Of a stretch of 49,210 bases of DNA, positions 1 through 11,734 are shown piece after piece. Below the pieces are notes generated by a model. It was not told the origin of the DNA and did not search any database. It saw only the letters and a program-made list of their open reading frames with translations. Position numbers and translations under genes: made by a program. The stretch comes from Chiloscyllium plagiosum (taxonomy: Eukaryota). The DNA lies in the NCBI RefSeq assembly GCF_004010195.1, contig NC_057719.1, positions 80,403,486-80,452,695 of the forward strand, given 5' to 3'. Position 1 is the stretch's first letter; every line of letters starts with the position of its first letter.

Positions 1-70
1 GGAGGACTTTCCTGCTCTTCGGATGCTGCCTGACCTGCCGTGCTTTTGCAGCACCACTCTAATCTTGACA
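1..70 (+). mobile_element. 3' part of a Penelope-like terminal repeat (pLTR), family A
   Basis: ttcctgctcttcggatgctgcctgacctgccgtgcttttgcagcaccactctaatct matches the segment downstream of the hammerhead motif in the copies at 5570-5630 and 9815-9880. Confidence 0.75.
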
Positions 71-498
71 CACATCACGATGTGGTCTGGTCAGGTAAAG
101 ATTACAGATATTCTTCGCTCAGGGCATTGGTGAACCAGATGGATATTTAACTATTGTTAAGGCGAGCTTCAGATTTATTAACTTATTTTACACGCCACAG
201 TGGGATTAGAATCCATGTATCCGGATACGTTAACCTTGGTATCATGTGTTGCTAGCCCAGTGACATTCTCACTGCGTGAAACTGCTGTCATGTTTTGGTG
301 TAGCTCGTGATATTGAGTTTGGATTGTGAAAACATCCACTTTTATATTGAATTGTGTTGGAAAATGATCATTGTGTGTCAGTGATTTCCTCTCTCTAACT
401 GATCATTGAATTTTGACTCATTTGGTTTCATTTCTTCTGCCAAACTTGTCTCCTCTTGTTTTAATTCCACTGACCTGACCACTAGGATGTGATTCACG

Positions 499-616
499 TT
501 ATAGAAGCGTATGGCATGGAAACAGACCCTTTGGTCCAACTCGTCCACACAGAGACCAGAGTTCCTAAACTGAACTAATCCCATTTATCAGCGTTTGGCC
601 CATATCCCTGTAAACC
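499..616 (-). mobile_element. CR1/HER1 LINE 3' end
   Basis: Reverse complement of the 3' UTR seen at 1500-1605, 18360-18480 and 21810-21910; cut off by the LTR at 617. Confidence 0.8.
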
Positions 617-1010
617 TGAAATAACTGCCCAGAGACCAGTATCCCGTCACCAAGTCACCCTTTACTTACACGTGCGCAGTACACTGGCTGTGGCCAGCCA
701 GTTCAGGGTCAGTCCTTGAAATCAGGAGACTCTCTGAATCTTCTGCTTCTACCTATCAGCCAGGGCTGCTAGACTGGCCCAGGTTAACAACCTAATCAAG
801 GATCTCATAGTCAATTAGATCCACCTCACCAACCTCATTTTATTCACTACATCTCTTCCCCAGCATCCCCCACTCCCACATCTGGGGATTTAATCCTGGT
901 CTTTCTCTGGTAGCCTTTCCTGGGAAATCTATGCCCCAGGTCCAGTTCCTCTGCCTCAGAAACGAGCGACATGTACCAGACAGCAGACCATCTCTTGTGT
1001 CCAAAGCATC
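617..1010 (-). mobile_element. LTR retrotransposon remnant (probably Gypsy): 235-bp 3' LTR (617-851), polypurine tract (852-861) and adjacent internal sequence
   Basis: Minus strand reads GGGGAAGAGA (PPT) immediately followed by TGTAGTG...TTATTTCA, giving TG/CA termini, with a polyA-like AGTAAA about 45 nt before the end. Confidence 0.75.
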
Positions 1011-1139
1011 CTGGGAAAGTTTCCTCCTCTTCTTCTGGTGATAGTGCTGGTGGCAGTAATTTGAGCTGTGTAAATGATTCTGGGTTTTAGTTTTTAGTTT
1101 GCTTAATATTACAAAATGCATGGCAGCCAGCGTTTTCAT

Positions 1140-1605
1140 TAAAAGACGCTGTTGAACTGGAAAAGGTTCAGAAAAGATTTACAAGGATGTTTCCGGAGTT
1201 GGAGATTTTGAGCTACAGGCACAGGGTGAATAGGCTGGGGCTGTTTTCCCTGGTGCCTCAGAGGCTGAGAGGTGACCTTATAAAGGTTTATAAAATCATG
1301 AGGGGCGTGGATAGTCCAAAACTAGAGGGCACAGGTTTAAGGTGAGAGGGGAAAGATATAAAAGGGACCTGAGGGGAAACTTTTACATGCAAAGGATGGT
1401 GAGTGTATGGACAAGTTGCCAGAGAAGGTGAGTTGGTGCAATTGTAACGTTTAAAAGGCATCTAGATGGGTATATGAATAGGAATGGTTCAGAGGGGCAT
1501 GGGTCAAATGGTGGAAAATGGGCACCAGGTCAGATTGGAATGTCTGGTCGGAGTGGACAAGTTGGATTGCAGGGTCTATTTCTTGGATGTATAACTCTGA
1601 CTCTA
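1140..1605 (+). mobile_element. CR1/HER1 LINE 3' fragment
   Basis: Encodes ELEKVQKRFTRMFPELEILSYR-type ORF2 C-terminus, followed by the 3' UTR and an actctgactcta tail. Confidence 0.9.
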
Positions 1606-2224
1606 GCCATTGTTAGATTCTAACAAGGGAAATGAGCTGATTTGGAATAAATAAACTAGCTTTGGAAGAAGCTTTTCTTTTGCTGCCACACAAACACACT
1701 TAATAATCCAAGAACACTGACAAACTACCTTATACGAGTAGCAAGCAATATATGATTGATTAGAGGAAGCACCTCAATTATACTGTAATTGAGGAATAAG
1801 TATTTTGTAATCAGTAGTGAATAAGGGCTGTCTTGCTTTTATTAATTTCTATCAATTAAATTATTAACTGCATATATGTTAAGTATTGTAAGAACAGACT
1901 GTGTGAAAAGATTGAAAAATGCACCTCCCGGAGTTTAATCAGTAGTGCTGTCCTGGGCACTAAAGCTTATAATTAATAGTATGTTCATTTTAAGATAGGG
2001 TGAACATTATGAGACACTTCATTGTCTTTGATTTCTGCATGAAAGACCCAACTAAATTAACCATTGCCGCATTTTTAGCAAATTGGATTCTAACAACTTT
2101 GAATTAAGAGGTGTAGTGTTCGTCCATCCCAAGGCGAATATAAGTAAGGATTCCGATAACAATGCTGTTGAGGGCCCTAAGTATTCTGGCTGGATCATGT
2201 TCGACACTGCACCAGGTTAGGTCT

Positions 2225-2325
2225 TCAGTCAGTATCCCTATCTCTAAAGCAGGAGACCTGGTTCAAGTTCCACCTTCCACACAGGTGCACAATTACATCG
2301 CTGAGTTTGATAAGGAAAATATTAA
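2225..2325 (+). mobile_element. Decayed short tRNA-derived SINE
   Basis: B-box-like GGTTCAAGTTCC within cagtatccctatctctaaagcaggagacctggttcaagttccacc. Confidence 0.5.
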
Positions 2326-2725
2326 ATGTTTTGGGATCAATTGCTCAGCGGTTTTCTGTCATGTGAGAACTTGAGGTATTTTGTCCTGAAGGAAGTGGTT
2401 TCTGTCCGGGAACCAGACTTGTAGTTTGAAGCTTGAAGTCCATCTTGTATTGTATTGTAAAGCTTTGATGTCTTTTCACTGTTACTTCAAACATTCAGAA
2501 CAATTAGATTGGTGCGTTGTCTCACTTGATAATATGCAATAAAATCTGATGGTCTCGCCCTGCTGGAACATCTCTGTTGAACCTGAAGCATTTGAACTAC
2601 AGGATTTGAAGGCATTAATACTTTCAGTAGGTGAGCTCAAGCAAATTGAACAAATCCAGATTTTCCAAATTTCGTTTTTAATTTGGTAGATCCCAATTGT
2701 CAGTTGCCTACCCTATGAGTAAAGG

Positions 2726-2843
2726 TGAAAGTGAGGTTTGCAGATGCTGGAGATTAGAGCAGAGAGTGTGGTGCTGGAAAAGCACAGCAGGTCAGGCAGC
2801 GTCCGAGTGGTAGGAAAATCGACGTTTCATCAGGAATCATCCA
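2726..2843 (-). mobile_element. Short non-coding PLE pLTR insert (family A) with hammerhead stem II deleted
   Basis: Flanked by direct repeat ATGAGTAAAGG (2715-2725 / 2844-2854); the minus strand reads attcCTGATGAAACGTCGAtttt. Confidence 0.8.
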
Positions 2844-4104
2844 ATGAGTAAAGGCTGGAGAGATTTAGGAGTCGATGCTTGGTCATCACCAAATAAAAAA
2901 TAAGAGCAGGATATGGAATTGACTCAGGCCTATTGTTGGCAATGCAGGCCGCATGCTAAATTGAAACAGTCCACTACTTAACACAATCAGAACTGTCTTG
3001 TCAGCAGCGAGCTTAAAACTATGAGAGCTTAAAGACAACTTAAAGCTGGTGTATCCTTGCCAGAGCCTCTATCAGGGGAAATGCATACAGGCAGGAGTAG
3101 GAACACAATATGATTGGGGCAGGCAAAGGTACAGAGACAAGGGTAAATAGTTGGTATCTGGGTGCAATATGTCTGGCTCTCCAAATGTAGGTCATGGTCA
3201 ACGAGGGTCCATAAGGTAGTGTGTGGGCCACTCCAGAATACAAGTCACTGCCCCGCAGTGAGACAGCTGAAAGCAAATGAGGGAACAGGCCCGAAGCCTC
3301 TTGCCCACCAGTTGAGTGATATCACATGACCAGAACTCCCACGTGCACAACAACGAATCATCGTGAGCATGAGTAACACTAATGTGAAACACTAGTTGTG
3401 AAGGTTACATTTTTGATCAGCAGTGATACTGTTCCCATATCCCCATCTCCTGTCCTTGTTCTTCTTGGGGTAGGGAGTGGGGTGGGGGCAGTGGAGATGG
3501 CAGGTTTGGAAGTTGCTATCAAAAAACTTTAGTGAGTTGTATGATTGTGACTGAGATTGAAGCTCTCCAGCTTGGAACAACTTGTCAGCATATCAGTGTC
3601 TCATCAAAACAATGCCATTTTCCCTGATGAGTAATTCGGACGAGCCTTTTCATTGGACAAGGTGAAGAGAGGTGGAGTAGGACTGGGTAGATCATAAGAC
3701 CATAAGATGTAGCAGCAGAAAATGGCCAGTCAGCACAAGATTGCCACAATATTCAATGAGATTATGGCTGGCCTAATAATCCTCAATTCCACTTTCTTGC
3801 ACTTTCCCCAAAACCCTTGATTTCTTTTACAGGTTAAAAAAACTGTCTATCTCAGCCCATACTTAATGACCCACCACAACAGCCTTCTGTGGTAAAGAAT
3901 TCCACAGATTCACGACCCTCAGAGAGAAGAAATTACATCTCATGCAAGTCTTACCAAGGGCGAATCCTAACACTGAGACTATGCCCTCAAGCCCTAGACT
4001 CTCCCACAAGGGGAAACAACTGTTCCACATCTGCCCTGTCAATTCCCCGAAAAATCATATGTTTCAATAATGTTCAATATGTGACTCATTCTTCTAAATT
4101 CCAA

Positions 4105-4248
4105 AGTTGTCTAAATTGTCAATCACCTGATGAAGGAGCATCGCTCCGAAAGCTAGTGTGCTTCCAATTAAACCTGTTGGACTATAACATGGCGTTGTGT
4201 GATTTTTAACTTTGTACACCCCAGTCCAACACCGGCATCTCCGAATCA
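4105..4248 (+). mobile_element. Short PLE pLTR insert (family B) containing a hammerhead motif
   Basis: Flanked by TTCTAAATT(C/T)CAA (4092-4104 / 4249-4261); body ttccaattaaacctgttggactataac...gtacaccccagtccaacaccggc recurs at 4380-4495 (-) and 22944-23026. Confidence 0.8.
4124..4158 (+). ncRNA. Minimal type I hammerhead ribozyme motif (family B)
   Basis: CAC-CTGATGA-A-GGAGC(ATC)GCTCC-GAAA-GC-TA-GTG: stem I CAC/GTG, 5-bp stem II, palindromic AGCT stem III, predicted cleavage after CUA (4155). Confidence 0.75.
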
Positions 4249-4379
4249 TTCTAAATTTCAATGATCATAGGTCCAATCTACTCAACTTTTTCTCATAAGA
4301 CTGTCGCTCTCTACCTGGTATTAGCCCAGTGAACCTTCTCTCGACTGCCTCCAGTACCAGTATCTAGGGGATAATGCAG

Positions 4380-4545
4380 AGGTGCCAGTATTGGACTGGG
4401 GTGGACAAGGTCAAAATGACACATGGCACCAGGTTATAGTCCAACAAGTTTATTTGAAATCACAAGATTTTGAAGCGCTGTCCCTTCATCAGATGATGTG
4501 AAGAGACCTCAGACACAGACTTTATAATCAGAGAGATCAAAAGTA
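4380..4545 (-). mobile_element. Decayed PLE pLTR copy (family B)
   Basis: Minus strand has CTGATGAAGGGACAGCGCTTCAAAATCTTGTG followed by aataaacttgttggactataacctggtg, a degenerate version of 4124-4245. Confidence 0.7.
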
Positions 4546-4727
4546 TATAGGGGAGGGAATGGCCTTGTGGTATCATCACTGGACTGTTAATCCAGAGACT
4601 GGATTAGTGGTGCTGGAAGAGCACATCAGTTCAGGCAGCATCCAAGGAGCTTCGAAATCGACGTTTCGGGCAAAAGCCCTTCCATATCTACTCCCAGGAG
4701 GACCAGTTCCACCACAGAACACACCTG

Positions 4728-5297
4728 ATGGCCTCCTTCTTTAGAGCTTGCAATTTCCCTTCCCACGTGGTTGAAGATACCCTCCAACGCATCTCATTCA
4801 CATCCCGCACCTCTGCCCTCAAACCCCACCCCTTCAACCGTAATAAGGACAGAATGCCCCTGGTGCTCACATTCCACCCCACCAACCTTCGCATAAATCG
4901 CATCATCTGCCAACATTTCCGTAACCTCCAAACGGACCCTACCACCAGGGATATATTTCCCTCCCCATCCCTTTCTGCCTTCAGCAAAGACTGTTCCCTC
5001 GGTGACTACCTGGTCAGGTCCACGCCCCCCAACAACCCAGCCTCCCGTCCTGGCACCCTCCCCTGCCACCACAGGAACTGTAAAACCTGCGCCCACACCT
5101 CCTCCCTCACCTCCATCCAAGGCCTCAAAGGCGCCTTCCACATCCATCAAAGTTTCACCTGCACATCCGCCAATGTCATTTGTTGTATCCGTTGCTCCCG
5201 ATGCGGTTTCCTCTACATTGGGGAGACTGGACGCCTCCTAGCAGAGCACTTTAGGGAACATCTCTGGGACACCCGCACCAATCAATCCCAACACCCC
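4728..5297 (+). pseudogene. PLE ORF fragment: RT thumb, Cys-rich linker and GIY-YIG endonuclease
   Basis: PLVLTFHP, PCHHRNCKTC linker, FTCTSANVICCIRCSRCGFLYIGETGRLLAEHFREH; open up to the N gap; RT catalytic core absent. Confidence 0.9.
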
Positions 5298-5534
5298 NNN
5301 NNNNNNNNNNNNNNNNCCCTCACTTCCCCTCCCCACACCTTACCCCAGTTCCAACCTTCCAGCTCAGCACTGTCCTCATGACCTCTCCTACCTGCCAATC
5401 TCCCTTCCCACCTATCCAGTCCACCCTCCTCTCCGACCTATCACCTTCATCTCCACCTATTGCACTCCTGGCCACCTTCTCCCCAGCCCCACCCTCTCCC
5501 ATTTATCTCTCCTCCCCTGAGGCTCCCTTCCTTC

Positions 5535-5570
5535 ATTCCTGATGAAGGGCTTTTGCCCGAAACGTCGATT
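5535..5570 (+). ncRNA. Minimal type I hammerhead ribozyme motif (family A)
   Basis: ATTC-CTGATGA-A-GGGC(TTTT)GCCC-GAAA-CGTC-GATT: intact core, palindromic ACGT stem III, predicted cleavage after GUC (5566). Confidence 0.75.
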
Positions 5571-5869
5571 TTCCTTGCTCCTCGGATGCTGCTTGGCCTG
5601 CTGTGCGTTACCAGCACCACTCTAATGCAGACTCTGATTTCCAGCACCTGCAGTACCCACTTCTGCCTAGATGATATTTGATTTTGTGTTGTCATGGCCC
5701 ACCCTAAGTACTGCAGTGGGAGGATCCGTTTGGATTCAGCTCTCAGGCTGGCCATGATGTGTAAGGCCACATCACGAAGGCAGTCTGAGAACAGATTAGC
5801 GTTACAACAGATGGATTTTAACTATAAGCAGTGCGCAAGGAAAAACAAAACAGGATATATTTACATCTT

Positions 5870-6090
5870 GTAAAAGTAACATTTGCAGCGGTGCATGTTT
5901 CATTAACATGGATTCAGTGTAACGTGATTGACAAATTGTGGACCCTGTTTATAAAGTGCGTACATTTAAAAGTACAGCAAAAGTGTTGGCTGTAACGCGA
6001 TTAGATTGCCAACATTATCGCAGTTTCTAAAGCGCATTTTTTCTGTAATGCAGGGCTGCAAAACTATTGTATTATAGAAGAATTCCTGTA
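5870..6090. mobile_element. Old copy of the MITE family seen at 47791-47989
   Basis: Shares taacgtgattgac...tgtggac.ctgttt and ends in ttatagaagaattcctgTA, similar to the right TIR of that MITE. Confidence 0.5.
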
Positions 6091-6333
6091 TGGGGAAAAA
6101 GCAGGGATTGATACTAATTAGAATGCTCTTTCCAACAGCTAGCGCAAATTGTTCTGTGTTCTCTGAAATGTTCATTCTCAAATGTATAACTCACAACCAA
6201 TCCTTACTTTCATCAAATTAAAAATTACATTTCACAGTTAATATTTACATCAGTACATGTGCTTTTTTTTTTAAAATGACAGGGGATCTGAACGTCATTG
6301 CAACATTGAAGGGAAATGGATTGTTGAAAATAA

Positions 6334-6654
6334 GGGAGGCATGGTGGCTCAGTGGTTAGCACTGCTGCCTCATAGCACCAGGGACCCAGGTTTGATCCCA
6401 GCCTCAGGTGACTGTGCAAACTCCACGCAGACATTCTCCCCGTGTCAGCGTGGGTTTCCTCTGGGTGCTCCGGTTTCCTCCCACAATCCAAAGACGTGCA
6501 GGTTCGGTGAATTGGCTGTGCTAAATTGCCCATAGTGTTAGATGCATTAGTCAGAGGGAAATGGGTCTGGGTGGGTTACTCATCGGAGGGTTGATGTGGA
6601 CCTGTTGGGCCGAAGGGCCTGTTTCCACACTAGAGAATCTAATCTAAAAAAAAA
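6334..6654 (+). mobile_element. HE1-type V-SINE, full length
   Basis: tRNA head TGGCTCAGTGGTTAGCACTGCTGCCTCA, V-domain GTGGGTTTCCTCTGGGTGCTCCGGTTTCCTCCCACA, CR1-derived tail ending aatctaatct. Confidence 0.9.
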
Positions 6655-7929
6655 GGAGCTTTATTGTTCAACATTCAAGGGAAACAACTGCAAGTCAGTC
6701 TGGCATTTGAACAGTGATATTTTCTAATCAACTAATTATTATTATGAATGTAATGCTGTTACACACCCCTGCAGAGGGTGGGACTTGAACTCCGGCTTCT
6801 CAGGTAGGGGTGATACCACTATCAAGTCTCACCAATGTCAACCAAGTGCAAGCCATCCACAAAGGAAAGTGCTAATCTTTTCACCAGATCCTCAAAAGAG
6901 ACAACTAGAAAGGTCAACGATGAGGAGGAGGCCTTGATATGGGTGGCCAGAAAGACGAGACATTACTGAACGCTTATCTTAACATGACAGGACATTGTTC
7001 TGCATAGCTACAGTTTTGCGTCATATGGTAAGGACTGGAATTAATCTAGCTTGACAAGACTGGTGGCCATGTTTTAATGGTTGTGGTGAATTGCTTTATT
7101 CAGCCATGGGATGTGGGCATCAACAGCTAGATCAGCATTTACTGCCCGTCTCTAATTACCCTGGAGAAGGTGATGTTGAGTTGCATACGTTGTTTATTTC
7201 AGATTCCCACAAAAGACTTGAGAGATGTCAATTCTTTGTGCTGGAGGTACACTTGTGGCAAATTATTACCTCTTGCTAAATTACCTTGCTTTGTTCTCTT
7301 ACAAGGTAAGAGACAGATCCATAGCTGATGCGTATCAACTCTATATTGAAGTATGCTGCTGAACACAACTACGGTTCAGGCTAATCTTGTCCACATCAAC
7401 GTATAAGCCCATGGCTTTCTGGAAGACATGATGCATTTTGGATATCTGCACTAGCCAAATTTCTTACAACAATAAGGTTTGGCATCGGGCAAGATGAACT
7501 CAAGCCAGAATATTATTCAAGGTTGATCTGGCTGGTAAATTGAAGATGGCAAAAAGTAAGTTAGATCTTGGGAAAAGTTGCTTTGATCAAAGACAACTGA
7601 TTGAATGCATCAGGCAAGAAAAGGAATTGAAGTGCTAGGGAGGTAAAAAATACATTTGATTACAGATGGGGGGAGTTCAGATACGAGCAGGCCTGAGATA
7701 TTGAATGGCCTATTCCGACTGTTCATTTCCTGTGCTCTCTTGATTTGTCCTCAGAAAATCAAAGAGATCTGTGTAGAGCTTTACTAAATGGGCCGGTGCA
7801 TTTCGGGACTTTGTAATTGGAAACTCAATGAGGTATGTCATTTGTCTGTCATAGAATAGAGCACTGAAGATGAAAATTCTCCCACATGGATTGCATGATA
7901 TAGCATTGCTTAATTAGTAAGAGGAACAG

Positions 7930-8224
7930 ACACAGTGGCACAGTGGTTAGCACTGCTGCTTCACAGCGCCAGAGACCCGGGTTAGGATCAGGCAACTGTC
8001 TATGTGGAGTTTGCACATTCTCCCTGTGTCTTCGTGGGTTTCCTCTGGGTGCTCCGGTTTCCTGCCAGTCCAAAAATGTGCAGGTTAGGTTAATTGGCCA
8101 AGCTAAATTGGCCGTAGTGTTAGGTGAAGGGGTACAGGTAGGAGAATGGGTCTGGGTGGGTTGCTCTTCGGAGGGTCGGTGTGGACTTGTTTCCACACTG
8201 TACCCTGTAAGGAATCTAATCTCT
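7930..8224 (+). mobile_element. HE1-type V-SINE
   Basis: Same tripartite structure; direct repeat GAACAGACACA at 7924-7934 and 8225-8235. Confidence 0.9.
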
Positions 8225-8651
8225 GAACAGACACATTAATCTGTTTGCCGCAGTGATCTGCAGAGGGAAAGGGCCTTGAAAAGGGCCAGACCAATAACAC
8301 CCAACAGCATTTAGGAAACATTTAGCGTCTAAGCCTATCTATTCAGTGAAACCATGGTTAATCTAAATCTCCATTCCATCCACCCAATTTGCTCCCTATT
8401 CCTTGCTGCATGCACTCAATAAGAGCCAATACAACTTCAATTCACCCTCAGCATTTAACAGAGCTCAGAGGGAAGAAAGATTGAGATCTCTATAATCCAC
8501 TGTGTGAGAGGTGAGTACGTGACATCAATCCTGAATGGCTTAGGGTGACCTTCAATTGTGGAATTGCTGACTAGTTCCAAACATCCATGTCTATCAATAG
8601 TCTCCATATCAACCATCCCTCCCACAAAATGTTACCAATGACAAATGCATT

Positions 8652-8960
8652 TTTTTTAGATTAGATTCCCTACAGTGTGGAAACAGGCCCTTCAGCCCAA
8701 CAAGTCCACACCGACCCTCCGAAGAGTAACCCACCCAGACCCATTCCCCTACATTTACTGAATCACCTAACACTATGGCCAATTTACCTGACCTGCACAT
8801 CTTTGGACTGTGGGAGGAAACCGGAGCAACTGGAGGAAACTCATGCAGGCACGAGGAGTGTGCGCAAACTCCACACAGACAGTTGCCCGAGGCTTGAATC
8901 GAACCTGGGTCTCTGACGCTGTGAGGCAGCAGTGCTAACCACTGAGCCACTGTGCCGCCC
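8652..8960 (-). mobile_element. HE1-type V-SINE
   Basis: Reverse complement of head, V-domain and tail; TGCATT on both flanks. Confidence 0.9.
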
Positions 8961-9020
8961 CTGCATTCTTGATCCAAAGAGCGCACTGCTGCTATTATGG
9001 AGGGGGTGATTGTGTTGAGA

Positions 9021-9707
9021 NNNNNNNNNNNNNNNNNNNNNNNNNNNNNNNNNNNNNNNNNNNNNNNNNNNNNNNNNNNNNNNNNNNNNNNNNNNNNNNN
9101 NNNNNNNNNNNNNNNNNNNNNNNNNNNNNNNNNNNNNNNNNNNNNNNNNNNNNNNNNNNNNNNNNNNNNNNNNNNNNNNNNNNNNNNNNNNNNNNNNNNN
9201 NNNNNNNNNNNNNNNNNNNNNNNNNNNNNNNNNNNNNNNNNNNNNNNNNNNNNNNNNNNNNNNNNNNNNNNNNNNNNNNNNNNNNNNNNNNNNNNNNNNN
9301 NNNNNNNNNNNNNNNNNNNNNNNNNNNNNNNNNNNNNNNNNNNNNNNNNNNNNNNNNNNNNNNNNNNNNNNNNNNNNNNNNNNNNNNNNNNNNNNNNNNN
9401 NNNNNNNNNNNNNNNNNNNNNNNNNNNNNNNNNNNNNNNNNNNNNNNNNNNNNNNNNNNNNNNNNNNNNNNNNNNNNNNNNNNNNNNNNNNNNNNNNNNN
9501 NNNNNNNNNNNNNNNNNNNNNNNNNNNNNNNNNNNNNNNNNNNNNNNNNNNNNNNNNNNNNNNNNNNNNNNNNNNNNNNNNNNNNNNNNNNNNNNNNNNN
9601 NNNNNNNNNNNNNNNNNNNNNNNNNNNNNNNNNNNNNNNNNNNNNNNNNNNNNNNNNNNNNNNNNNNNNNNNNNNNNNNNNNNNNNNNNNNNNNNNNNNN
9701 NNNNNNN
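9021..9707. other. Assembly gap (N run); smaller gaps at 5298-5316 and 18134-18182
   Basis: Runs of N. Confidence 1.
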
Positions 9708-9910
9708 ACTCTATGCCACTCTCTCCCCCCCCCCACCCTCCTCTAGCTTATCTCTCCACGCTTCAGGCTCTCTGCCTTTATTCCTGATGAAGGGCTTTTG
9801 CCCGAAATGTCGATTTTGCCTGTCCTCGGATGCTGCCTGAATTGCTGTGCTCTTCCAGCACCACTGATCCAGAATCTGGTTTCCAGCATCTGCAGTCATT
9901 GTTTTTACCA
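9708..9910 (+). mobile_element. PLE pLTR (family A) with hammerhead motif at 9780-9815
   Basis: attcCTGATGAAGGGCTTTTGCCCGAAATGTCGATT has one C>T change relative to 5535-5570; followed by the ggatgctgcctga...ccagcatctgcagtc tail. Confidence 0.85.
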
Positions 9911-11734
9911 AATTTAAGAAGCAGAACCTCAAAGGTCATAGACTCTGGATTATTACCGCAGTCGCATGGAAATTCACAGAGGGCAAATCAGATGAGAGAA
10001 CTGAGTGCATGACTAAAAGATTCATGTATAAGAAGTGAGTTTAACATCATGAATACTGGGTTCTGTACCATTGGGATGCTCTCCGTCTGAAATGTGGTGG
10101 GGCCAGTGCACTTGTGACCTACACATGAAGGGAAATAGAGATGCCTTTAAACTAAATAGTGCTGACAAGGGGTCAAAGTTTGGAAGATGTAGTGTGTCAG
10201 AGAAGAGACAAGGCAAGAGAGAAAGATATTAAAATGGGAAACGATAAACCAGAATGGACAAAGTGTACAACCTAGGAGTGAATCAACAGGGCTAGAGGTT
10301 CCATAAATATTTAAAGAAAAACAGTGAAAAGTTTCAACTATTGCCACACTCTGGCACCATTTTGAACTAATTTTTTTTGTTTGCAATTTTTATTAAAAAA
10401 TAAAAAGATGTAACTGAAAGAGAGTCCAACTTTGTTCCTCACCGACTGCTCTGTTGCCATCACAGCAGACTAAACAGCAGGCTCTGTATCTGAATGCTCT
10501 CAGCATTTCGAACAAAACAAATGAACTAATAAAGCAAATAGAAGTATGAGAGGATAACCATTACAGAGACAAGGATGCAGGATGACAGAGACTAGGATAT
10601 GAATAATGAAGAGTACAGTTAGGAAAGGACAGGAAGCTAGCAAATAGTGGAGGGTAGTTCTGGTATTTAATGACGATGATGGCTCATCCATTCTATTCAG
10701 CAGGTTCAACAAAATAAGACGTAGAAATGGTTTGGGTAGAGAGGGAAAATTATAGCAGAAAGACGTTGCTTATCATAGAATCCCGACAGCATGGAAGCAG
10801 GCCATTCAGCCTGTCAAGTCCACACTGACACTCTGAAGACCCATCCGGCCTACACAATCCCTCGACATGGCCAATTTAGCATAGCCAATCCACCCAACCT
10901 GCACAATGTCAGTGGTGTACCGTGGTGCTATATGAGCAGTGCACAGGGCCTCTAATGTTAACTTACATGGTAGGAGTGTGAGGGTAGAACTAATTGGATC
11001 TTATTGGAAAAGTAAAGTAAGGATCATGGAATATTAATCTCCATAATTGATTGGAAAAACCAGATGGGCAAAGGTAGCCAAGGTGAAGAGTTTATGGAAT
11101 GTTTTCAGGATAGTTTCTTAGAACAGCCTGTTCTGGAGCCAACCAGAGAGCAGGCTTTAATAGACCTGGTTTTGTGCAAAGAGATAGGAGTAATTAATAA
11201 TCTCTGATGGCACCACCAGATAGTTCCAATAACTGAACACTGCATTCAGTTTGAGGGACAGAAGATATCGTATTTTAGTATTTTAAATGGGGGCAATATG
11301 AGGGAATGCAGTTGATCTCTGGATTCAAAGGAAGTTTATTAGATTGGAAAATGATCAACATCACTTACTTCTCCCAAGAGAGGGAGGGAAAACATGGGAA
11401 AGTACAGGCTAGCTGACTTAACATTTATCACAGGGAAGCTGTTAGAATCTATTGCTTCAAGCATTGTAGCAAGGCATTTGGAGAGATTCAAGGTACTCAG
11501 GCAGAGTCAACCTAGTTTTATGAAAGTGAAACGATGTTTAAACAAATTATTAGAGTTCTTTGAAGAATGAACATGCTGTGGATAAAGGGGATCTGGTGGG
11601 TGTACTGTACATAGATTTGCAGAAGGTATTTGACAAGGTGCCATATTAAAGGTTATTGACTAAAATAAGAGCATTTGGTGGAAGGAGGAACATACTGATG
11701 CAGATGGAAGATTGACTGGTTAACAGGAAACAGT

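Larger units (their letters stand above)
3690..4365 (-). mobile_element. Decayed CR1 LINE 3' fragment, interrupted by a PLE insert
   Basis: cataagaccataaga tail, gaattccacagattcacgaccctc and ccctagactctcccacaagggg segments are the reverse of the CR1 3' ends at 12500-12886 and 32545-32895. Confidence 0.8.
4595..5670 (+). mobile_element. 5'-truncated Penelope-like retroelement (Neptune-like): inverted partial pLTR, ORF 3' end, pLTR
   Basis: Inverted pLTR piece at about 4595-4682, GIY-YIG-coding body, pyrimidine-rich pLTR with a hammerhead motif at 5535-5570; N gap inside. Confidence 0.9.

Noticed and set aside
2094..2243. Apparent minus-strand terminal exon (IGILTEDLTWCSVEHDPARILRALNSIVIGILTYIRLGMDEHYTS*)
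   Set aside because: The putative acceptor lies within a decayed tRNA-SINE head, I recognise no protein family, and no partner exons were found
3020..3300. Possible Gypsy integrase C-terminal remnant
   Set aside because: Only vague similarity (ELKDNLKLVYP, WYLGAI); too decayed to support
7290..7560. Possible exon bounded by ccag/gtaa on the minus strand
   Set aside because: All three frames contain stop codons between the candidate splice sites
8609..9787. Long ORFs of 249-375 aa in the ORF track
   Set aside because: Artefacts of translation through the N gap
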